Below are positions 56,030 through 64,000 of a stretch of 64,000 nt of DNA, in pieces. The stretch's first letter is position 1, and each line of letters starts with the position of its first letter. This stretch comes from an uncultured Actinomycetes bacterium. GTDB taxonomy: Bacteria; Actinomycetota; Thermoleophilia; Gaiellales; JAICJC01. Made by a program: the position numbers and the translations under genes. Location: contig CAVQZC010000007.1 in NCBI GenBank assembly GCA_963718315.1, positions 231,307 to 295,306 of the forward strand. The letters run 5' to 3'. Under the pieces are notes generated by a model that saw nothing but the letters and a program-made list of their open reading frames with translations, ran no database searches and had not been told where the DNA came from.

Positions 56030-56334
56030 GGGGCGTGACGACGTTCCTGGGCGTGGCGGCGGTGGGCGCGGCCGCGTACGTGTACCGGCGAGCCCAGCAG
56101 GTGGCGGAGCAGGAAGGCCGCCCGGTCGGTGAGGTGCTGCGTGAGATGCCGACCCGGCTGGTGTCGAACTTCGAGTCGATGGGCGACGACCTGCGGGCTG
56201 CCGCCGACGACGGGAAGCAGGCGGCGCAGGACCGCCAGGACGAGATCGACGAGGAGCTGCGCGACGTGTACGGCCAGCCCTCGGCGTCCGAGCAGCCCAC
56301 GGCGTCCGAGCAGCCTCCCGCCTCCGACGCCTAG
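56026..56334 (+). CDS. YtxH-like small anchored protein, hypothetical
   Basis: The start overlaps the upstream stop. It has N-terminal helix FLGVAAVGAAAYVY, an acidic helical body and a SASEQP tandem repeat. Confidence 0.45.
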   Translation: MRGVTTFLGVAAVGAAAYVYRRAQQVAEQEGRPVGEVLREMPTRLVSNFESMGDDLRAAADDGKQAAQDRQDEIDEELRDVYGQPSASEQPTASEQPPASDA

Positions 56335-56337
56335 CAG

Positions 56338-56652
56338 CTAGTCGAGCAGCCGCGCGATCAGCTCGCGGCGGTCGATCAGCCGCTTCGGCTCGCCCGCGAT
56401 CCGGATCTCGTACCCCGCGCCGCGCGGGAAGAGCACCTTGTCCCCTGGTGCGACACCGGTCGCGTCCTCGCCGACGGCGACAACCACGCCCGAGCGGCAC
56501 GGCAGCTCGGTGCTGCCGGGGATGATCAGCCCGTGGGTGGTCTCCGTCTCCTCGTCCACCGGCTCGACCAGGACGTAGTGGTCGAGCGGCTCGATCCGGC
56601 CCGTGTCTGGCTCCGAGCGCTCGAAGCGCGAGATCGTGTCGTCACCGTGCAT
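56338..56652 (-). CDS. GroES/Cpn10-fold co-chaperonin-like protein (atypical, no groEL nearby)
   Basis: IEPLDHYVLVEP ... THGLIIPGS ... RSGVVVAVGED ... GDKVLFPRGAGYEI ... follows the Cpn10 pattern. It has an N-terminal extension of about 20 aa. Confidence 0.65.
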   Translation of the reverse strand: MHGDDTISRFERSEPDTGRIEPLDHYVLVEPVDEETETTHGLIIPGSTELPCRSGVVVAVGEDATGVAPGDKVLFPRGAGYEIRIAGEPKRLIDRRELIARLLD

Positions 56653-56656
56653 ACCC

Positions 56657-57155
56657 TCACGATACCTGCACCCGTAGCTGCAGCCACCTCCGCTCTGCGT
56701 GCCAGCGGTGGAGGGTGCGGGTGCTGGGTGGTCGGGCGGGGCAGTCGCGGTAGTGGGTGTGGATGTGTCTGGCGAGGGAGTCGGGGGCGGCGCCTTGGGC
56801 GAAGGCTTGCTCTGCGCGGCGGCGGAGGTCGGGCCAGGCGTAGCTGCCCGGCTTCTGTCGGGGTTTCTTGGCGGCGTGGCGGGCGGCGGCGAACGCTTTC
56901 AGCGCTTTTTGTCGGGCGAGTGTCCAGCAGCCGTGGGCTTGCCAGAGTCGCATCAGGGTGAGGTCGAAGTCGCTGCCGTTTCGTTGGCGTTGGAACTGGG
57001 GGCTGGCGTGGTGCTTTGCAGAGCCAGATCTCGATGCCGTAGCCGAGGATCAGTTTCTGGGTTTTGCCTCTGGTGCGTTCGACGCAGATGCAGCAGGCGA
57101 TCTGCTTGGTCGGGAAGTCGCGGGCTTTGTAGAGGGTGGGGAGGTAGCTGCTCAT
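56657..57155 (-). pseudogene. Cys/His-rich + HTH-like basic orphan protein with foreign codon usage, 1-nt frame change near 57008-57018
   Basis: The N-terminal part MSSYLPTLYKARDFPTKQIACCICVERTRGKTQKLILGYGIEIWLCKA continues in the +1 frame as HHASPQFQRQRNGSDFDLTLMRLWQAHGCW...STRTLHRWHAERRW. Both parts have C-rich third positions with AAA/CAA codons, unlike neighbouring genes. Confidence 0.4.
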
Positions 57156-57466
57156 GCGGGGAGTTCACCACCGAGCGTGCGTCACGGGTCCAGGCGTGAG
57201 GCGTGTCGGAAGGCACGGGAAATACGATTGGCAGAGCGGCATTTGCCATGTGGTTGTTCCTGCGCAGCTCGACCCTGGACCTCGAGTGCTCCCCCGACTC
57301 CCGGCCCGAACCGCCCGCCGTCCCCGGGCCACCAGTCGAGCACGCCGCTCGCGGGTGGGCGGCGCCGCCCTTTCAAGGGGGGCGGCGACGTCCACCACCC
57401 CCAACGCCACATCCGCCACGCGCCCCGAGCGCCTCGCCGACCCGACCCGACCCCCGCCGCCGAGTG

Positions 57467-57847
57467 TCAGCCGGCGGTGGCGGCGCGCACGTCTTCGAGG
57501 AGGTCGCGCAGGTCGAACGGCTTCTCCTTGAAGGCGAACGCGCCGAGGCGTTCGGCGTGGCGCCGCGAGGCCGTGTCGCCGACGACCGAGATCAGGATCA
57601 CCGGGCACTCGATCTGTTCCTCGCGCATTCGCTCGAGCAGCGTGAAGCCGTCCATCCCCGGCATCCTCACGTCCACGATCGCCAGCGCGGGCATCCCGCT
57701 GCGGAACACCTCGAGTGCGGCGGCGCCGTCGCCGGCCCCGATCGCGTCATAGCCTTCCCCGCGAAGAGCCTCACACAGGGCAGAGCGCAGGCCGTCGTGG
57801 TCATCGACGACCAACACGGGTGGGGGGGCTGGAGCCATTTCGCACAT
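57467..57847 (-). CDS. single-domain response regulator (CheY-like receiver)
   Basis: The ATG at 57847 gives VLVVDDHDGLR ... AIVDVRMPGMDG (phospho-Asp) ... VILISV ... AFAFKEKPF (Lys). The upstream 287 codons of the track ORF are antisense to alaS. Confidence 0.8.
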   Translation of the reverse strand: MCEMAPAPPPVLVVDDHDGLRSALCEALRGEGYDAIGAGDGAAALEVFRSGMPALAIVDVRMPGMDGFTLLERMREEQIECPVILISVVGDTASRRHAERLGAFAFKEKPFDLRDLLEDVRAATAG

Positions 57848-57961
57848 AGTCAGCCACCTGATGAGGGGCCGCCATCCTCGATTTGCGGTAGCAAATGTTG
57901 TCAGCGATCGAGGTCTCAGTTTGAAGCGCAGGGCGTGAGCGGCCCGCCATAGGCCCCCAGA

Positions 57962-57967
57962 TAGAAT
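57962..57967 (+). promoter_or_regulatory. candidate -10 hexamer (TAGAAT) giving a leaderless alaS mRNA
   Basis: TAGAAT ends 6 nt before the alaS ATG (57974). No Shine-Dalgarno sequence lies between them. Confidence 0.25.
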
Positions 57968-57973
57968 GGCCCG

Positions 57974-60541
57974 ATGCGAACGCACGAAGTCCGTAGCCGG
58001 TTCCGCGCCTACTTCACAAACCGCGACCACCTCCAGTGGCCGAGTGGATCGCTGCGCCCGCCCGACTGGGACACCAGCGTCCTTCTGACCACCGCCGGGA
58101 TGCAGCCGCTGAAGCGCTTCTTCCTCGGCGTCGAGCCGCCGCCGGCGCCACGCCTGACCACGGTGCAGAAGTGCTTCCGCTCGACGGACATCGACCAGGT
58201 CGGCCACACCGCACGCCACCTCACCTTTTTCGAGATGATGGGCAACTTCTCGTTTGGCGACTACTTCAAGCGTGAGGCGATCGCGTTCGGGTGGGAGCTC
58301 TCGACTGCCCCCGGCGGGTTCGGACTCGACCCCGACCGGCTGTGGGCGACGGTGTACGAGGGCGACGAGATCGTGCCGGTCGACGAGGAGGCGATTGGCC
58401 TCTGGCGCGAGATCGGTGTGCCCGCCGAGCGGATCGTCCGCCTGGGCGGCGATAACTTCTGGCAGGCCGGGCCGACCGGCCCATGCGGCCCCTGCTCCGA
58501 GCTCTACCTCGACCGCGGCCCCGAGCACGGCTGCGGCGAGGCCGACTGCGCTCCGGGATGTGACTGCGACCGTTTCATGGAGTACTGGAACCTCGTCTTC
58601 ATGCAGTACAACATGCTCGACGGCGGCGAGCTGGAGCCGCTGCCGGCCCCCAGCATCGACACCGGCTGCGGCGTCGAGCGCACGGCCACCCTGACCGAGG
58701 GCGTACACAGCGTCTACGAGACCGACGCCTTCGCCGACATCATGACCGAGATCGAGCGCTGGAGCGGGGCGCGCTACGGGGCCGACGAGCAGCAGACCAA
58801 GGCCCTACGCGTGCTTGCCGATCATGCGCGGGCGATGACCTTCCTGGCCACCGACGGCATCGTGCCCGGCCGCGAGGGCCGTGACTACGTGCTCCGCCGC
58901 GTGATCCGCCGTGCCGTCGAGCACGGCCGCCGGATCGGGCTCACCGATCCCTTCCTGGGCCGGCTGCACGAGCATGTCGTTGCCCTGCTGGGCGAGCCCT
59001 ACCCCGATCTCGTTGTCCGTCAGGACGATGTGCGCCGCGTGCTGGAGGCGGAGGAGGAGCGGTTCGCCCAGACGCTCGAGACCGGCGGCAAGCTGCTCGA
59101 CGACGTGCTGGCCCGGTCGGAGGGCGTGATCTCGGCCGAGGACGCCTTCAAGCTCCACGACACCTACGGCTTCCCGTTCGAGCTGACGCAGGAGATCGCC
59201 TCAGAGCACGGCAAGGAGGTGGACGAGGACGGGTTCGCCCGGCTGATGGAGGAGCAGCGCGAGCGCGCCCGCGCCCACACCGCCGCGGTCGGCTTCACGG
59301 CCTCCCAGCTCGACACCGGCTTCCGGTCCGAGTTCGTCGGCTACGACACGCTCGACGTCCGCACCCAGATCGGCGCCCTCGAGGAGAACGACGACGGCAC
59401 CCTGTCGCTGAAGCTGCGGGAGTCGCCGTTCTACCCGGCCGGCGGCGGCCAGGTGTCCGACCACGGCTACATCGAGTCCGAGAACGGCCGCGCCGCGGTC
59501 GACCAGGTGCTGCGCCGCGACGACGACCAGCAGATCGTGGCCCGCCTGGAGCGGGGGACGCTTGCGGCCGGCGAGCCCGTGCGCGCCCACGTCTCCGGCG
59601 AGGCTCGGCGGCCGACCATGGCCAACCACACGGCGACGCACCTGTTGCACGCAGCTTTGCGCCAGGTGCTCGGCGATCACGTGACGCAGGCCGGCTCCTA
59701 CGTCGGGCCCGACAAGCTGCGGTTCGACTTCCGTCACTCATCGCCGATGACGCCCGACGAGCTGCGCCAGGTCGAGGAGATCGTCAACGAGAAGATCATC
59801 GAGAACCGGCCGGTGCACATCTTCGTCACGGAACGCGAACAGGCCCGTCAGCTGGGCGCGATGATGCTGTTCGGGGAGAAGTACGGCGAGCAGGTGCGGG
59901 TGGTCGAGATCCCTGAGTTCTCGCGCGAGCTGTGCGGCGGCACGCACGTCCGCTCGACCGCCGAGATCGGCGTGTTCGTGATCACCCGTGAGACCAGCTC
60001 GTCCCAGGGTGTCCGCCGGATCGAGGCAATCACGGCCGGACCTGCCATCGAGCACCTGCGCCACCGCAGCGCCGACGCCGCCCGGCTGGAGCAGGAGGTC
60101 CACGACCTGCAGTCGCAGCTGCGCAAGGCCGCCCAGCAGGGACCGGCGCAGCCGTCGTCCGGCAACGGCCGTGAGGCCGGGCTGGTCGAGGCCGCGTCCG
60201 AGGAAGATGGGATCCGGATCGTCGCGGCCGTCCTCAACGATGTCGATGCCGACGGCCTGCTGCAGGTCTCCGACCGCGTGAAGGCGAAGCTCTCGCCCGC
60301 CGTCGTGGTGCTGGGCAGCGCCGCGGACGGCCGCGTGCACCTGGTCGCCAACTTCGACCAGCCGGCCGTCGACCGAGGGCTGTCGGCCGTCGACCTGATT
60401 CGCGAAATCGCCCCGATCGTCGGTGGGGGCGGGGGCGGCCGGCCGACCATGGCCCGTGCCGGTGGCAAGGACCCGGAACAGCTTGACGCGGCGATGGCCG
60501 CCGCGAACTCGGCGATCCGGCGTGCTTTGCGTGGCGCATGA
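57974..60541 (+). CDS. alaS: alanine--tRNA ligase
   Basis: FRSTDIDQVGHTARHLTFFEMMGNFSFGDYFK, editing-domain HTATHLLH and CGGTHV, and a C-terminal DHHA1-like end. 855 aa. Confidence 0.95.
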   Translation: MRTHEVRSRFRAYFTNRDHLQWPSGSLRPPDWDTSVLLTTAGMQPLKRFFLGVEPPPAPRLTTVQKCFRSTDIDQVGHTARHLTFFEMMGNFSFGDYFKREAIAFGWELSTAPGGFGLDPDRLWATVYEGDEIVPVDEEAIGLWREIGVPAERIVRLGGDNFWQAGPTGPCGPCSELYLDRGPEHGCGEADCAPGCDCDRFMEYWNLVFMQYNMLDGGELEPLPAPSIDTGCGVERTATLTEGVHSVYETDAFADIMTEIERWSGARYGADEQQTKALRVLADHARAMTFLATDGIVPGREGRDYVLRRVIRRAVEHGRRIGLTDPFLGRLHEHVVALLGEPYPDLVVRQDDVRRVLEAEEERFAQTLETGGKLLDDVLARSEGVISAEDAFKLHDTYGFPFELTQEIASEHGKEVDEDGFARLMEEQRERARAHTAAVGFTASQLDTGFRSEFVGYDTLDVRTQIGALEENDDGTLSLKLRESPFYPAGGGQVSDHGYIESENGRAAVDQVLRRDDDQQIVARLERGTLAAGEPVRAHVSGEARRPTMANHTATHLLHAALRQVLGDHVTQAGSYVGPDKLRFDFRHSSPMTPDELRQVEEIVNEKIIENRPVHIFVTEREQARQLGAMMLFGEKYGEQVRVVEIPEFSRELCGGTHVRSTAEIGVFVITRETSSSQGVRRIEAITAGPAIEHLRHRSADAARLEQEVHDLQSQLRKAAQQGPAQPSSGNGREAGLVEAASEEDGIRIVAAVLNDVDADGLLQVSDRVKAKLSPAVVVLGSAADGRVHLVANFDQPAVDRGLSAVDLIREIAPIVGGGGGGRPTMARAGGKDPEQLDAAMAAANSAIRRALRGA

Positions 60542-60924
60542 AGGTCGTCGCCATCGACTATGGCCGGGCTCGCACCGGGCTGGCGGTGAGCGATGCGACC
60601 GGGCTGCTGGCCCGGCCCGTGGGCGTGGTGGAGAAGGTGCGCACGCGTGCCGGCCGCGACGCGCTGCTGGCACAGCTGGCCGAGCTCGAGCCCGAGCGGA
60701 TCGTGGTCGGGCTGCCGCTGACGCTGCGCGGTGAGCGCGGCGAGCAGGCCAGGGAGACGCTCGGCTTTGTGTCCGACCTCGCCCGCCTGACCGACGTTCC
60801 CGTGGAAACGTACGACGAACGCTTCACCACCACGCTCGCCACCCGCGGCCACGGACACCATCCGACCGACGCGGTGGCCGCCGCCCATCTGCTCGAGGGA
60901 TATCTGCGACGACTCGCCGGCTAG
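60538..60924 (+). CDS. ruvX: Holliday-junction resolvase-like nuclease RuvX (YqgF)
   Basis: MKVVAIDYGRARTGLAVSD ... IVVGLPLTLRGERGEQA. The start overlaps the alaS stop (ATGA). Confidence 0.85.
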   Translation: MKVVAIDYGRARTGLAVSDATGLLARPVGVVEKVRTRAGRDALLAQLAELEPERIVVGLPLTLRGERGEQARETLGFVSDLARLTDVPVETYDERFTTTLATRGHGHHPTDAVAAAHLLEGYLRRLAG

Positions 60925-60941
60925 TCCTCATCGCATGTCTC

Positions 60942-61886
60942 GTGTTCGCAGTCGGCGCCGTGTACTACGGCGTACGCAACGTGCTGCCCGACTCGTCGAA
61001 GCCGACACCGAACCCGCACGGGCCGATGCTGACGGTCGTGATTCCGCGCGGCGCGACGGCGGTGACGATCAGCGACCTGCTCGAGCAGCACGGAATCGTG
61101 TCGGACGGGACACGCTTTCGTAACTACGTGAAGGCCCAGAACCAGGGCACTGACTTCCACCCCGGCAGGTACCAGTTCCAGGCGGGCACGGACTACAACG
61201 TGATCATCCGCAAGCTCAACAAGGGGCCGGTTCCGCAGGAGGTGAAGCTGGTGATCCCGGAGGGCTACCGGATCACCCAGATCGTGGACAGCCTGAAGGC
61301 GGTGGGCATGTCGCCGAAGGCGTACAAGGCAGCGCTCGCCCACACGCCGCCGCCGGCGGGCTGGGGCGCCACGTCGATGGAGGGCTTCCTGTTCCCGGCC
61401 ACCTACACGATCAAGCCGCACGAGAAGCCGCAGACCCTGATCGACCAGCAGCTGGCGGCGTTCCAGGACGCGTTCAGCCAGGTGGACATGAAGTACGCCC
61501 GCTCCAAGAACCTGACCGACTACGACGTGCTGAAGATCGCCTCCATGATCGAGCGCGAGGCGGGCGCCCCCAGCGACCGGGCCAAGATCGCAGCCGTGAT
61601 CTACAACCGGCTCCACCTGCAGATGGCGCTCGGCATCGACGCCACGCTGCTCTACGAGTACGGGTCGTGGACGCATCAGCTCACGGAGTCGGAGCTCCAC
61701 GCTGACACGCCCTACAACACGCGGGTGCGCCAAGGGCTGCCGCCGACACCGATCTCGAACCCGGGGCTGGCGTCGCTGCAGGCGGCCGCGCACCCGGCGC
61801 ACGTGGACTACCTGTACTACGTTGCGCACAACGGGCGCACGTACTTCACGAACAGCTACAACGACTTCGTCGCGCATGGCGGCTGA
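60942..61886 (+). CDS. mltG: endolytic murein transglycosylase MltG (YceG-like)
   Basis: IPEGYRITQI ... SMIEREA ... VIYNRL ... PYNTRVRQGLPPTPISNPG. The N-terminal TM helix looks truncated at the GTG at 60942, so the true start may be upstream or non-canonical. Confidence 0.8.
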   Translation: MFAVGAVYYGVRNVLPDSSKPTPNPHGPMLTVVIPRGATAVTISDLLEQHGIVSDGTRFRNYVKAQNQGTDFHPGRYQFQAGTDYNVIIRKLNKGPVPQEVKLVIPEGYRITQIVDSLKAVGMSPKAYKAALAHTPPPAGWGATSMEGFLFPATYTIKPHEKPQTLIDQQLAAFQDAFSQVDMKYARSKNLTDYDVLKIASMIEREAGAPSDRAKIAAVIYNRLHLQMALGIDATLLYEYGSWTHQLTESELHADTPYNTRVRQGLPPTPISNPGLASLQAAAHPAHVDYLYYVAHNGRTYFTNSYNDFVAHGG

Positions 61887-62688
61887 CGGGCCGCCTGTCC
61901 GCGGCACCACCCGGCTGGCCGGGCTGATCGGGTGGCCGGTGGCGCACTCGCGCTCGCCGCAGATGCACAACGCGGCGTTCGCCGCGCTCGGCCTGGACTG
62001 GATCTTCGTCCCGCTCCCGGTGCCGGAGGCCGGGCTGGAGCGAGCGCTGCGGGCGCTCCCCGACCTCGGTTTCGCCGGCGTCAACGTGACCATCCCCCAC
62101 AAGCAGCGGGTCTGCGAGCTCTGCGACACGCTCAGCGACGAGGCGGCCCGGGCGCACTCGGTGAACACCGTGCTGGTGGGTGAGGACGGGACACTGGACG
62201 GGCATACCACCGACGGCCGCGGCATGCTCGGCGCCATCGGGCTGCCGTTGCCGGATGAGGCACTGGTCATCGGCTCCGGCGGGGCCGCCCGTGCCGCCGT
62301 CGTTGCCCTGCAGGACGCGGGACTGCGGGTGCGCGTGAGCGCGCGCAACAAGGAGGCGGCTGCCGAGCTGGGCGCTGACGTCGACCCATGGCCGGCGGAA
62401 CGCCCTGCCCCGTTGCTCGTCAATGCAACACCGGTCGGGCAGGTTGGCCCCGCCGACGAGCTGCCGGTGTCTGAGGAGCTGGTCGCTGCCGCCGACGTCG
62501 TCTGCGACCTCACCTACCGCGGCGACGGTGTGGAGACCGGGCTGGTGGCAACCGCCGCGCGCCACGGCGTGCGCGTGATCGATGGGCTCGACGTGCTGGT
62601 GTTCCAGGGCGTGCTGGCGTTTCAGCTGTTCACCGGGCAGGAGCCGCCGCTCGACGTCATGCACGCTGCGGTACGGGGGACGACGTGA
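61876..62688 (+). CDS. aroE: shikimate dehydrogenase
   Basis: The ATG at 61876 gives LAGLIGWPVAHSRSPQMHNAAF ... GVNVTIPHK ... NTV ... GHTTDG ... IGSGGAARA. Confidence 0.85.
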   Translation: MAADGPPVRGTTRLAGLIGWPVAHSRSPQMHNAAFAALGLDWIFVPLPVPEAGLERALRALPDLGFAGVNVTIPHKQRVCELCDTLSDEAARAHSVNTVLVGEDGTLDGHTTDGRGMLGAIGLPLPDEALVIGSGGAARAAVVALQDAGLRVRVSARNKEAAAELGADVDPWPAERPAPLLVNATPVGQVGPADELPVSEELVAAADVVCDLTYRGDGVETGLVATAARHGVRVIDGLDVLVFQGVLAFQLFTGQEPPLDVMHAAVRGTT

Positions 62689-63446
62689 TCGTGCTGGTCA
62701 CCGGCGCGTCGAGTGGCATCGGCCGCGAGCTGGCGCGGCTGTTCGCGCGCGACGGCCACGACCTGGTGCTGGCGGCGCGCAGCCAGGAGCGGCTGACCGC
62801 GCTGGCCGGCGAGCTCGAGGAACGCCATCGCGTCTCGGTCAGGGTCGTCGTCAGCGACCTTGCGGAGCCCGGCTCGGCCGCCCGCCTGATGGACGAGGTC
62901 GGCCGGGTCGATGCGCTCGTCAACAACGCCGGCTTCGGCTCCAGCGCACCGTTGGTCGATGCCGACATCGAGGTGCTGACGGAGCTGCTCGAGGTGAACG
63001 TGGTGGCGCTCACCCAGCTGACGCGGCTGGCCCTGCCGGGGATGGTCGAGCGGGGCTACGGCTACGTCCTCAACCTCTCGTCGACCGCCGCCTTCCAGCC
63101 CGGCCCCGGCGCGGCGGCCTACTACGCGAGCAAGTCCTACGTGCTGTCGTTCACCGAGGCGGTGAGGCTGGAGGTGCAGGGGACGGGGGTGCACGTGACC
63201 GCCCTCTGCCCTGGAGCGACGGCAACCGGGTTCGCCGAGCGGGCGGGGTCTGCGCACTCCCGGCTGTTCAGCTCACAGGTGCTGGATGCAGCGTTCGTCG
63301 CCCGCGAGGGCTACGCAGGGATGCTGGCCGACCGCGGCGTCGTCATCCCCGGCACGGTGCACCACGCGGCAGCGCGCCTGGCCCAGTTCTCGCCGCACAC
63401 CTTGACGGCGCGGTTCGCCAAGCGGGCGAACGAGTCCGGCTCGTAG
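62685..63446 (+). CDS. SDR-family oxidoreductase
   Basis: VLVTGASSGIGRE (TGxxxGxG), NNAG and YYASKSY (YxxxK). The GTG overlaps the aroE stop. Confidence 0.8.
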   Translation: MIVLVTGASSGIGRELARLFARDGHDLVLAARSQERLTALAGELEERHRVSVRVVVSDLAEPGSAARLMDEVGRVDALVNNAGFGSSAPLVDADIEVLTELLEVNVVALTQLTRLALPGMVERGYGYVLNLSSTAAFQPGPGAAAYYASKSYVLSFTEAVRLEVQGTGVHVTALCPGATATGFAERAGSAHSRLFSSQVLDAAFVAREGYAGMLADRGVVIPGTVHHAAARLAQFSPHTLTARFAKRANESGS

Positions 63447-63526
63447 ACCGACCCGCGCTACAGCCCGGACGGGACGCCGCCGATATCAGTGGCGTGGAAG
63501 CTCTCGTCCCTCTCGCCGGCGTTGCG

Positions 63527-64000
63527 ATGGCATGGCCCCTGGAGTGGGTCGTGCAGCGCTTCCCGCGCGGCATCGGGACGTCGCCGTCGGTACGCCGCGC
63601 GATCGCGATCGCTGCCCTGATGGCCGCGCTGTTCGCGCTGCTGGTGTACCGGATCGGGCTCGAGGCCCGGCTGGTGCCGGCGCTGATCCTGACGGCACTG
63701 GTCGTGCCGGCGGCGATCATCGACCTGAACCACCGGATCATCCCCGACCTGATCAACCTGCCCGGCGCGGTGCTCGTCTTCTTCGCCGCCGGCCTGGCCC
63801 AGCCCGACCGCTTCGTCGAGCTGCTGCTGGGCGGCCTGCTGTGCTTCCTGTTCCTGTTCCTGGCCTGGAAGGTCAACCCGGCCGGAATGGGGCTGGGTGA
63901 CGTCAAGATGTCGCTGATGATCGGCCTCGGCCTCGGCTGGTACGCGTTCACCGCCCTGCTCGTCGCGTTCACCGTGTCGCTGGTGCCGTCGCTCTACATC
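63527..64000 (+). CDS. A24-family prepilin peptidase (partial, runs off window end)
   Basis: This frame is open to the end of the window and is absent from the ORF track. It reads MAWPLEWVVQRF ... AAIIDLNHRIIPDL ... GMGLGDVKM (the two catalytic Asp motifs). A GTG at 63494 is an alternative start. Confidence 0.7.
   Translation, partial: MAWPLEWVVQRFPRGIGTSPSVRRAIAIAALMAALFALLVYRIGLEARLVPALILTALVVPAAIIDLNHRIIPDLINLPGAVLVFFAAGLAQPDRFVELLLGGLLCFLFLFLAWKVNPAGMGLGDVKMSLMIGLGLGWYAFTALLVAFTVSLVPSLYI

Noticed and set aside
1-64000. CRISPR arrays, rRNA genes and IS elements with transposases.
   Set aside because: No regularly spaced direct repeats, rRNA-like sequence or DDE/HUH/serine/tyrosine recombinase motifs were found. 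The only tandem repeats are short in-frame coding repeats (for example 56281-56330 SASEQP, 47975-48010 EP repeats, 9560-9630 GADGQA).

Overview
High-GC (about 70% or more) bacterial chromosomal segment. The gene order looks actinobacterial: hisS-aspS, cysteine desulfurase-mnmA, and alaS-ruvX-mltG-aroE followed by a prepilin peptidase. I support about 70 features, mostly CDS plus one tRNA-Gln(CUG). I saw no rRNA, CRISPR array, transposase or integrase. Many long ORFs in the six-frame track are antisense or off-frame artefacts of the GC bias (Arg/Pro/Gly-rich translations). I separated real from spurious frames using third-position GC, family motifs and stop/start coupling. Main content: transporters (CPA1 antiporter, MFS, aquaporin, a heterodimeric ABC exporter); an ECF41-type sigma factor with its partner epimerase; a histidine-utilisation cluster that uses a formimidoyltransferase route; and housekeeping tRNA-synthetase and cell-division-adjacent genes. 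Items worth a second look: (1) a translationally coupled operon (Zn-dehydrogenase, divergent PTPS/QueD-like protein, GT4, methyltransferase, UPF0104 membrane protein) flanked by more methyltransferases and a CDP-alcohol-phosphatidyltransferase/LtaS-like fusion; (2) a HerA-like ATPase, GAP membrane protein and RNase H gene string with no NurA; (3) a two-copy structured repeat with a near-identical 64-nt double-hairpin core inside different long closing stems; (4) two paralogous PilZ proteins flanking a membrane zinc-ribbon gene, next to a Flp-leader/Vps62-like gene; (5) a lower-GC patch of mini-ORFs with TGGGTCA direct repeats; (6) a shared 43-nt upstream block in front of two secreted-protein genes; (7) at least four genes, including mnmA, broken by single-base frame changes. 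The frame changes suggest assembly indels rather than biology. All functional calls come from motif recognition by eye and no database search was possible.
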